Of a stretch of DNA of 43,718 nt, positions 8,227 to 15,324 are shown piece after piece; position 1 is the stretch's first letter, and every line of letters starts with the position of its first letter. The stretch covers positions 1-43,718 of the IMG/VR virus record IMGVR_UViG_3300045988_166572; one strand, given 5' to 3'. The DNA comes from a virus. Both the position numbers and the translations under genes were made by a program. Below the pieces are notes generated by a model. It saw only the letters and a list, made by a program, of their open reading frames with translations, had not been told where the DNA came from and did no database searches.

Positions 8227-8460
8227 ATGTTACAAGCAATAACATACTATTATATCAACGATTTAAAAAAAATTGCGAAAACTGAAAATCATATACCTTT
8301 TATTTATGATAAGGAAAAAGGCTGGCAGGTTGACAATGCAAATATACTGAATGACCGCTTAATGGGGTATGACGGTGAGGGCATTGGTTCAACGGATATG
8401 CTCCTTAGGATAGATGAAATAAGTGAAGAAGAAGCTATGAAAGCGATTAAAGCATCCTGA
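8227..8460 (+). CDS. Small protein immediately downstream of the MuF toxin-like gene; putative cognate immunity/antitoxin
   Basis: ATG lies 1 nt after the MuF stop, 77 aa, followed directly by a terminator. Function inferred from position only. Confidence 0.55.
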   Translation: MLQAITYYYINDLKKIAKTENHIPFIYDKEKGWQVDNANILNDRLMGYDGEGIGSTDMLLRIDEISEEEAMKAIKAS

Positions 8461-8474
8461 CGGGTGCTTTTTTT
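8450..8474 (+). terminator. Rho-independent terminator
   Basis: AAGCATCC (8450-8457) pairs with GGGTGCTT (8462-8469), including one G-U pair, 4-nt loop, T-run 8468-8474. Confidence 0.7.
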
Positions 8475-8676
8475 ATATCCAAAACCAGTAATAACAGGGC
8501 AACCGGAAATCAATGCGTAAACAGCGCGGCGCAGGCTTTTCCGATGGTCCTGTTTTTATATTGTCCGAAAGCCTTATGACGTTTAAACTACGGCAATTTG
8601 CCCTTATGCAAGGCATCAAAACTGTATACTGCTGTGGAGACACCACGCTAAAAAACGGTGCAGGAAAGGAAACTAT

Positions 8677-9339
8677 ATGGAATTTTTAAAAAGCATTTTA
8701 GGCGAAGAACTCTATAAGCAGGTGGCAGATGCTATCAGCACTCATAACGGAAAGCCGGAGAATAAGGATAAGCAGGTAAAGCTTGCAGACCTTGGTTCAG
8801 GTCAGTATGTCGACAAAGGCAAGTATGATACTGCCGTTGCCGAGAAGGAGAATCTTGCCGGTCAGATTAAGACACTTAATGCGACAATCGGAGATTTGAA
8901 AAAGAACAATGCAGACAATGAAACGCTGCAGACCACCATTGCCAATTTGCAGGGAGAACTCAAAAAGCAGCAGACAGCCAATGAGCAGATTACAAGGACG
9001 TATGCCTTGAAGGAATCCCTTACAAAACAAGGCGTACTGGACCCGGATTATCTGATTTACAAAGCCGGTGGACTCGATAAATTCACATTTGACAAAGAAG
9101 GAAGACCGGTCGGTGTGGAGGATGCCGTAAAACCGTACAAAGAGGATAAGTCTATGGTGCATTTGTTCAAACAGGAGCAACAGAAGCCACCATATCATCC
9201 GCAGGGCGGTGCCGGAGGTAATGGTACAGAGAATCCATTTGCAAAAGAGACATTCAATCTGACGAAACAGGGAGAACTTTTAAGAACAAACCCTGAGCAG
9301 GCGCGTGCAATGGCCGCAGCCGTAGGGGTAACAATTTAG
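8677..9339 (+). CDS. Scaffolding protein
   Basis: 220 aa, coiled-coil-like, Lys/Glu/Gln-rich, immediately upstream of the major capsid gene. AGGAAAGGA SD. Confidence 0.8.
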   Translation: MEFLKSILGEELYKQVADAISTHNGKPENKDKQVKLADLGSGQYVDKGKYDTAVAEKENLAGQIKTLNATIGDLKKNNADNETLQTTIANLQGELKKQQTANEQITRTYALKESLTKQGVLDPDYLIYKAGGLDKFTFDKEGRPVGVEDAVKPYKEDKSMVHLFKQEQQKPPYHPQGGAGGNGTENPFAKETFNLTKQGELLRTNPEQARAMAAAVGVTI

Positions 9340-9357
9340 AAAGAGAGGTAAATATTT

Positions 9358-10374
9358 ATGGCAATTACAAAAATTGCAGACGTAATCGTACCGGAATTAT
9401 TTAATCCGTATGTAATCAACAGAACAAAGGAATTATCCGCATTCATCCAGAGCGGAATCATGGTTAATTCTCCGGAATTTGATGAATTGGCATCGGAGGC
9501 GTCAAGAACGCACAATATGCCATTTTTTGAGGACTTACAAGGAGAGTCTGAACCAACACTTGAGGATGTAAAAATGACACCATCAAAGATTGGTTCGAAT
9601 AAAGATGTGTCTACTACTATTCTTAGACAGAAAATGTGGGCAGCTACAAATCTTTCTGCTGCTTTAGCAGGAAAAGACCCAATGAAAGCAATTGGAGAAT
9701 TAGTGGCACAGTATTGGGCAAGAGATATGCAGAAAGAATTAATTGCTATTCTTACAGGTGTATTTGCTACGATTCCAGCATCTGGAAGTGGAGATAATGC
9801 AATACCAGCAGAAACACGTATGAAAGACCATATCCTTGACCTTACTTCAGGAAAAAGTGATGCGGCAAAGGTGATTAGTGCATCTGCATTTATTGACGCT
9901 TGCCAGCTTCTGGGTGATGCACAGGCGCAGCTTAGTGGTGTTGCTATGCATTCTGCAACCAAATCTTATCTGAAAAAGTTGAATTTAATTGATACAGAAC
10001 GCGACTCCACAAATGTAGAATTCGAGACATACCAGGGTAGAAAGGTAACTGTAGATGATGGTTGCCCGGTTACTTCTGGTGGTGTATATACTACATACCT
10101 ATTTGGAAATGGTGCATTTGCCTATGGTAATGGTTCCCCGGTCGGACATGTAGCCACAGAAGTGGACCGTGATAAACAGACGGGTGGTGGCGTAGATTAT
10201 CTTATTAATCGTAAGGCGTTTATTATGCATCCGCGCGGCATCGCGTATACCGGAGCTAAGCGAGACAATGTCGAAACTCCAACCAGAGCAGAACTTGCAA
10301 TGGGCGAAAATTGGAAGCCGGTATATGAATCAAAGCAGCTTAGAATCGTTGCTATTCAGCATAAACTTGGGTAA
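9358..10374 (+). CDS. Major capsid protein
   Basis: 338 aa, starting MAITKIADVIVPELFNPYV, positioned after the scaffold. Strong SD GAGAGG. Confidence 0.9.
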   Translation: MAITKIADVIVPELFNPYVINRTKELSAFIQSGIMVNSPEFDELASEASRTHNMPFFEDLQGESEPTLEDVKMTPSKIGSNKDVSTTILRQKMWAATNLSAALAGKDPMKAIGELVAQYWARDMQKELIAILTGVFATIPASGSGDNAIPAETRMKDHILDLTSGKSDAAKVISASAFIDACQLLGDAQAQLSGVAMHSATKSYLKKLNLIDTERDSTNVEFETYQGRKVTVDDGCPVTSGGVYTTYLFGNGAFAYGNGSPVGHVATEVDRDKQTGGGVDYLINRKAFIMHPRGIAYTGAKRDNVETPTRAELAMGENWKPVYESKQLRIVAIQHKLG

Positions 10375-10379
10375 TTGCT

Positions 10380-10721
10380 ATGGAAGTGGCAAAGTTAAAG
10401 AAGCTTCTTGGAATTGAAGATGAGAGCAAGAATGAAATACTTGAATTTGTCATTGCAAATGTGGAAGAAATCATAAAGAACTATTGCCATGTGGATGAAG
10501 TGCCAGAAGGACTGAATCATACAGCCTACCGCATGGCAATGGACTTATATCGGAATGAAAATATGGGGGATGAAACAGCATCAATCGGTGCTGTTTCATC
10601 TATTTCCGAGGGGGATACCACTACCTCATTCCGGCAGTATGTGGATGACAATTTCAAGGATACAGTGCTGAAAAATTATAAGTTCTCACTGAACCGTTAC
10701 CGAAAGGTGGCATGGAAATGA
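10380..10721 (+). CDS. Head-tail connector (gp6-like adaptor)
   Basis: 113 aa directly after the capsid gene. LLGIEDESKNEILEFVIANVEE is a typical connector N-terminus. Confidence 0.7.
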   Translation: MEVAKLKKLLGIEDESKNEILEFVIANVEEIIKNYCHVDEVPEGLNHTAYRMAMDLYRNENMGDETASIGAVSSISEGDTTTSFRQYVDDNFKDTVLKNYKFSLNRYRKVAWK

Positions 10722-11104
10722 TTTCGGATGCAATTAAACAGGCTCGAGTACTTGCGAGAAAGGCACAGGAAGCTACATATGACGGAATATGTACAGTGGT
10801 TGAATATCAGAAAGTCAAAGACCATAAAACTAAGATGACTACGGACAAAGAGGTAGTGATATTGGAAAGGGAGCCTTGCCGCTTATCTTATTCCAATATT
10901 AGTGCCGTGGAACAAACAGAATCTGCAGCAAAAACAGCTCAGATTACAAAATTATTTTTGTCACCAGATGTACGAATTAAACCAGGTGCAAAAATAGTGG
11001 TAACACAGGCCGGTATACAACAAAACTATGAATGTAGTGGCGTGGCAGCTGTCTATCCAACGCACCAGGAGATTGTACTTAATTTGTCAGAAAGGTATAC
11101 GTGA
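10712..11104 (+). CDS. Head closure / head-tail joining protein
   Basis: 130 aa, overlapping start with the previous gene, conserved module position. Confidence 0.6.
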   Translation: MEMISDAIKQARVLARKAQEATYDGICTVVEYQKVKDHKTKMTTDKEVVILEREPCRLSYSNISAVEQTESAAKTAQITKLFLSPDVRIKPGAKIVVTQAGIQQNYECSGVAAVYPTHQEIVLNLSERYT

Positions 11105-11105
11105 C

Positions 11106-11612
11106 ATGGCTTCCTTGGGAAGATTTGATGTAAAAGGACTTAAAGAATTTCAAACTCAATTGGAAAAAATGCAGGATCCGGATGAATTTGTAGAAGCTTG
11201 TGCAAAGGAGCTAGCGGCAAGGCTATTGCGGCTGGTAATCAAAAGAACCCCCGTCGGTGATTATTCTGGTGCTTCATATACCTGTGCATCGGGTCAGAGT
11301 CACAGAGGACAGAAGGTACCTGGGAAAAAAGGCGGAACATTAAGGAGGGGGTGGACGGCTGGGAAGAGGGCATCAGCGGTAGGATATGCTAATAGTTTAA
11401 AAATAAACCATGATGGAAATAACTATGTTATTGAAATCATAAATCCGGTCGAATATGCATCTTATGTTGAATATGGACACCGGACAGCAAATCATTCTAA
11501 TTGGGTTATGGGTCACTTTATGATGACAATATCAGAACAGGAATTACAGGACATGGCACCGCGGATTCTGACGCAAAAAATTAAAAAATACTTTGGAGAT
11601 GTCATGAAATGA
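11106..11612 (+). CDS. HK97 gp10-family tail/neck component
   Basis: ATG 11106 (MASLGRFDVKGLKEF...) lies directly after the previous stop. The longer 11028 start of the ORF track overlaps the upstream gene. C-terminal YASYVEYGHRT motif. Confidence 0.7.
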   Translation: MASLGRFDVKGLKEFQTQLEKMQDPDEFVEACAKELAARLLRLVIKRTPVGDYSGASYTCASGQSHRGQKVPGKKGGTLRRGWTAGKRASAVGYANSLKINHDGNNYVIEIINPVEYASYVEYGHRTANHSNWVMGHFMMTISEQELQDMAPRILTQKIKKYFGDVMK

Positions 11613-12052
11613 TAAATGAAATTATAGCGGCAATCAGCGTTGCCCTGAATAAAGAATTTGGGGATGATTATGAAAATCATATGGAAGAAATTAAGCAAGA
11701 CCTAACGGAGCCTTGCTTTTTTATTGTCTGCCTGAATCCTGCAAACAATCTGTTCCTTGGCAGGCGTTATCAATGGACAGGTCAGTTTAGCATTCAGTAT
11801 TTTCCAAAGTCTCAGGAGGTGCGGCGGGAATGTGCGGATGTTGCTGAAAGAATGTATGACTGTTTAGAGTACATTACAATGGATGGTGATACAGAACCGA
11901 TTATGGGCACAAAAATGAAACATGAAGTGGTGGATGGAGTTTTGAACTTCTTTGTTAATTATGATTATTTTGTTATTAAAAATGAAAAAAATGAATTAAT
12001 GGAAGATGTTCTATTGATAGAAAAGGCAGGTGATAGAGTTGGCGACAACTAA
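11609..12052 (+). CDS. Tail completion / tail terminator-like protein
   Basis: 147 aa, ATGA overlap with the upstream gene, positioned before the sheath. Confidence 0.55.
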   Translation: MINEIIAAISVALNKEFGDDYENHMEEIKQDLTEPCFFIVCLNPANNLFLGRRYQWTGQFSIQYFPKSQEVRRECADVAERMYDCLEYITMDGDTEPIMGTKMKHEVVDGVLNFFVNYDYFVIKNEKNELMEDVLLIEKAGDRVGDN

Positions 12053-12224
12053 AAAGGTATTGGTCCAACAGGAAAAGGAGTATGAGAAAGTGCAGCTGAT
12101 GGAAGCTATGGAATTTCAAGGAAAAAGGGATGTTCTAGATGCCCTGCTTGATGACAACCGTAAATACACTTTGAAGGCTGTACGTGAAAAAATCAATAGT
12201 TTTATGAAAGGAAAGGTGAAGTAA
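12030..12224 (+). CDS. Small hypothetical protein preceding the sheath gene
   Basis: GTG start, 64 aa, ends 1 nt before the sheath ATG. Confidence 0.5.
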   Translation: MIELATTKKVLVQQEKEYEKVQLMEAMEFQGKRDVLDALLDDNRKYTLKAVREKINSFMKGKVK

Positions 12225-13535
12225 ATGTCTTTAGGTGGTGGAAATTTTGTTAAACAGGATAAGGTTCTTCCAGGAGCCTATATCAATTATGTCTCAGCGG
12301 CATCTGCTACAGCACAGTTATCTGCAAGGGGAGTAGCCACAATGCCAGTAGAACTTGATTGGGGTGCAAGTGGAAAGATGATTGAAATTTGCGGGGATGA
12401 CTTTAGAAATGACAGTATGAAAATATTAGGTTATTCATACGATGATGATAAGCTAAAAAGCTTAAGGGATGTATTTATTGGTGCTAAGACACTGTTACTA
12501 TATCGTTTGAATGGCAATGGTGATAAAGCATCCAATGATTTTGCAACTGCACAGTATGCCGGAACAAGGGGAAATGACATTAAAATTGTAATTCAGTCTG
12601 ATGTGGATGACGAAGCAAAGTTCAATGTTGTTACTTATCTTGGAGCTAATAAGGTAGACCAACAGGTAGTTGGTACCGCAGCAGACTTAATTGATAATGA
12701 TTATGTTACTTTTAAAAAGGATGCAGAATTGGCAGTGACAGCAGCTACACCATTAACAGGTGGAACCAATAGCACCGTAGATGGAACCGCTTATCAGGAG
12801 TACGCAAATTTAGCAGAAACGTATTCCTTTAACACTATGGGGATTATTTCTACAGATGAAAAAATTAAGAAGATGTTTGTAGCATTATGTAAGAGAATGA
12901 GAGATGTAATTGGAATTAAGTTTCAGCTGGTAGTTTATGATTATCCAGAGGCAGATTACATGGGGGTAATCAGTGTAAAAAATAAGGTGACGGACACAGA
13001 GGCTTCTGAGTCATCACTTGTATATTGGGTAACTGGAATTCAGGCAGGATGTGAGGTGAATAAGAGTTGCCAAAATAAAAGGTATGATGGTGAATTTACT
13101 GTTGATACGAAGTATACGCAGGCAGAACTAATTACCTTAAAAAGAACCGGTTGTTTTGTATTACATAATGTAAATTCTGATGTAAGAGTGTTGGATGACA
13201 TTAACAGTATGGTAACTGTATCTGCAGATTGCGGAGAGGTTTTCAAAGATAATCAGACAATTCGCGTTATTGATCAGGTAGGTAATGATGATGCTGTTTT
13301 ATTCAACACAAAGTATCTTGGTGTTGTACCTAATAATGCAGCAGGTAGAGCATCTTTATGGTCCGATTTGGTAAAAATCAGACAGCAGTTGCAGGAAATC
13401 GGTGCTATCGAAAACTTTACGGATTCAAGTGTTACTGTAGCACAGGGAAAAACTAAAAAATCGGTAGTAGTGGATAGCACTATTGAGGTTGTTAATGCAA
13501 TGGGAATTTTATATATGACCGTTGTGGTACAGTAG
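12225..13535 (+). CDS. Contractile tail sheath protein (XkdK-like)
   Basis: 436 aa, N-terminal GGGNFVKQDKVLPGAYINYVS is typical for phage sheath proteins. Confidence 0.9.
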   Translation: MSLGGGNFVKQDKVLPGAYINYVSAASATAQLSARGVATMPVELDWGASGKMIEICGDDFRNDSMKILGYSYDDDKLKSLRDVFIGAKTLLLYRLNGNGDKASNDFATAQYAGTRGNDIKIVIQSDVDDEAKFNVVTYLGANKVDQQVVGTAADLIDNDYVTFKKDAELAVTAATPLTGGTNSTVDGTAYQEYANLAETYSFNTMGIISTDEKIKKMFVALCKRMRDVIGIKFQLVVYDYPEADYMGVISVKNKVTDTEASESSLVYWVTGIQAGCEVNKSCQNKRYDGEFTVDTKYTQAELITLKRTGCFVLHNVNSDVRVLDDINSMVTVSADCGEVFKDNQTIRVIDQVGNDDAVLFNTKYLGVVPNNAAGRASLWSDLVKIRQQLQEIGAIENFTDSSVTVAQGKTKKSVVVDSTIEVVNAMGILYMTVVVQ

Positions 13536-13548
13536 GAGGTTGTGGATA

Positions 13549-14034
13549 ATGAGCAATGATAATGTAAAAATGAAAGCACGGGACACTATTGCAGCAAAGT
13601 TGGCAGAGTGTTTTATTACAATCGGTACTAGACGATATAATTTTATGAACATGATTGACATGGAGGCAAAAGTCGACAAGACAAAAGCCAAAGTACCCCG
13701 TTTGGGAGCAATAATGGTAGGTCATAAGTCCTGTGGAATGGAAGGTACGTTTTCAGGAACAGCACATTACAATCAATCGGTTATGCGCCAGTGCCTTGCA
13801 GATTACAAAAATACAGGAGAAGATGTGTATTTTGAAATGCAGATTACCAATGACGACCGTACGTCAAGTGCCAAGCGTCAGACAGTTATATTTTATGATT
13901 GCAACACGGATGGCGGAGTGTTGGCAAAATTTGATGCAGACGGAGAATACTTGGATGAGGAAATTAAGGGTACATTTGAAGATTTCTCGATTCCAGAATC
14001 CTTTACAGAACTTACGGGATTTTTAACAAATTAG
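13549..14034 (+). CDS. Tail tube protein (XkdM-like)
   Basis: ATG 13549 lies 9 nt after AGGAGG (13534-13539), 161 aa, directly after the sheath. Confidence 0.85.
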   Translation: MSNDNVKMKARDTIAAKLAECFITIGTRRYNFMNMIDMEAKVDKTKAKVPRLGAIMVGHKSCGMEGTFSGTAHYNQSVMRQCLADYKNTGEDVYFEMQITNDDRTSSAKRQTVIFYDCNTDGGVLAKFDADGEYLDEEIKGTFEDFSIPESFTELTGFLTN

Positions 14035-14038
14035 ATGG

Positions 14039-14068
14039 ATGACAGTATTCCCCCTTTTGATGTATAAT
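14039..14068 (+). promoter_or_regulatory. Candidate sigma-A promoter of moron 2
   Basis: -35 ATGACA (14039-14044), 18-nt spacer, -10 TATAAT (14063-14068). Confidence 0.5.
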
Positions 14069-14090
14069 TAAATATACAAAAAGGGGGAAT
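14047..14090 (+). promoter_or_regulatory. 18-bp hairpin that pairs the Shine-Dalgarno of moron 2 and carries the -10 box near its loop
   Basis: ATTCCCCCTTTT (14047-14058) is the exact reverse complement of AAAAGGGGGAAT (14079-14090). Inner TGTATA (14061-14066) pairs with TATACA (14073-14078). No U-tract follows. Confidence 0.7.
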
Positions 14091-14094
14091 GCTT

Positions 14095-14637
14095 ATGGAA
14101 TTAGTTGTAATTGTTTTTTTAATAGGAGTAGTCATTTTTTCACTTTATATGTATAAAAAAACATCTCAAGTTCAAAGTGGAAAAACGACTAAATCATGTA
14201 AGGAAAAAAGTTTTTGGGGATTAGTACATGTTAAAGGACTAAATGCAGAGGAAAAAAGTCCATGCGTTGTAACTGTGGACTCGCAGGGGGTAACTATTGC
14301 TTGTCAATCAAAAGAGTACCGTTTGCCAATACAAAGGATTTTGTATGCTGAATGTTTGACAGATGTGGAAAATATCCAATATTTAAAGAGTAGTGTAGCA
14401 AAGGGGATGATTGGAGCTGCATTATTTGGAGTAGGTGGAGCTGTTATAGGTTCCGCACCAAAGACAAAGGTAAGGAAACAGATTACAAGTCATGCAATTA
14501 TTGGATATAGGGATTCGAGTGGTAAAGAAAGAGTGATAATACTTAAAGATGCAGCCCCCAATCGTATGGATGCATCAAACTTAGTTTTTGAACTAAATGC
14601 CAGAGTACCAAAACAGATAGAAAAAATTACATTATAA
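14095..14637 (+). CDS. Moron membrane protein (N-terminal TM helix, soluble beta-rich segment, glycine-zipper-like GMIGAALFGVGGAVIGS)
   Basis: ATG 14095 lies 7 nt after GGGGG. 180 aa. AT-rich insert between the tube and chaperone genes. Confidence 0.8.
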   Translation: MELVVIVFLIGVVIFSLYMYKKTSQVQSGKTTKSCKEKSFWGLVHVKGLNAEEKSPCVVTVDSQGVTIACQSKEYRLPIQRILYAECLTDVENIQYLKSSVAKGMIGAALFGVGGAVIGSAPKTKVRKQITSHAIIGYRDSSGKERVIILKDAAPNRMDASNLVFELNARVPKQIEKITL

Positions 14638-14648
14638 CGTATTATAAG

Positions 14649-14678
14649 GAGAACTTAGAAATAAGTTCTCTTTTTATT
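14649..14678 (+). terminator. Rho-independent terminator of moron 2
   Basis: GAGAACTTA (14649-14657), GAAA loop, TAAGTTCTC (14662-14670), then TTTTTATTT. Confidence 0.85.
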
Positions 14679-14701
14679 TGAGAAAGAGAGGAATAAGAGG
14701 G

Positions 14702-15133
14702 ATGTCCAAATTTAGTAGATTTATGAAAACAAATAAGGTTGTGAAAGTTAATGAAAAATATGCTCCGACTACATCATTGCTGGATGATAATGGTTGCCCT
14801 TTGGAATGGGAATTCCGACATATTACGTCAAAAGAAAATGATACGTTGAGAGAGTCATGTACATCCGAGGTACAGATTACTGGAAAACCAAATCTGTTTA
14901 GACCAAAGATGGATACGGCTGCCTATGTGGCAAAGATGATTGTTCAATCAACGGTATGCCCGGATTTGTATGATAAAGAATTACAGGATTCATATGGTGT
15001 AATGACACCAGAAGAATTGTTGTACGCTATGGTTGATGATCCGGGAGAATATCAGGATTTAGTTGTTTGGATGCAGAATTTCCAGGGATTCAACAAATCC
15101 TTTGCTGATAAGGTAGATGAAGCAAAAAACTAA
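14702..15133 (+). CDS. Tail assembly chaperone (XkdN-like), zero-frame product
   Basis: ATG 14702 (MSKFSRFMKTNK...), positioned between tube and tape measure. The TTG 14678 of the ORF track lies inside the terminator T-run. Confidence 0.8.
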   Translation: MSKFSRFMKTNKVVKVNEKYAPTTSLLDDNGCPLEWEFRHITSKENDTLRESCTSEVQITGKPNLFRPKMDTAAYVAKMIVQSTVCPDLYDKELQDSYGVMTPEELLYAMVDDPGEYQDLVVWMQNFQGFNKSFADKVDEAKN

Positions 15134-15318
15134 TTGATGAAGGGGATTGGGAAGCAAATTATGCCCATTATGCCCTTCAAAAGTTACATATTTTGCCTTC
15201 TGTTTTTTTGAGTTTAGATGATGAAGATAAAGCGTTTGTAATAGCATCAATAAAATCAAAGATAGAAAGCGATAAAGAGGAACGTAGAAAAATTGAGCGA
15301 ACGGCGAAATGCAGGTGA
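14702..15318 (+). CDS. Tail assembly chaperone, -1 programmed-frameshift isoform (shift at A_AAA_AAC 15124-15130)
   Basis: A canonical X_XXY_YYZ heptamer sits in the zero frame just before the stop. The -1 frame is open for 63 codons (LIDEGDWEANYAHYALQKLHILPSVFLSLDDEDKAF...) and ends 6 nt before the tape measure ATG. Confidence 0.65.
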
Positions 15319-15324
15319 TAGAAA

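Noticed and set aside
9336-9962. 208-aa minus-strand ORF covering the 5' half of the major capsid gene
   Set aside because: It lies entirely antisense to a strongly supported + strand gene. It has no ribosome-binding site, and its composition (Ala/Ser/Ile-rich mirror of the capsid codons) is typical of a shadow ORF.
13733-14026. 97-aa alternative-frame ORF inside the tail tube gene (also 25463..25759 inside the endolysin, 15974..16174 inside the tape measure gene, 18392..18577 inside the LysM gene)
   Set aside because: These are internal out-of-frame ORFs without ribosome-binding sites. Their host genes have clear family signatures.
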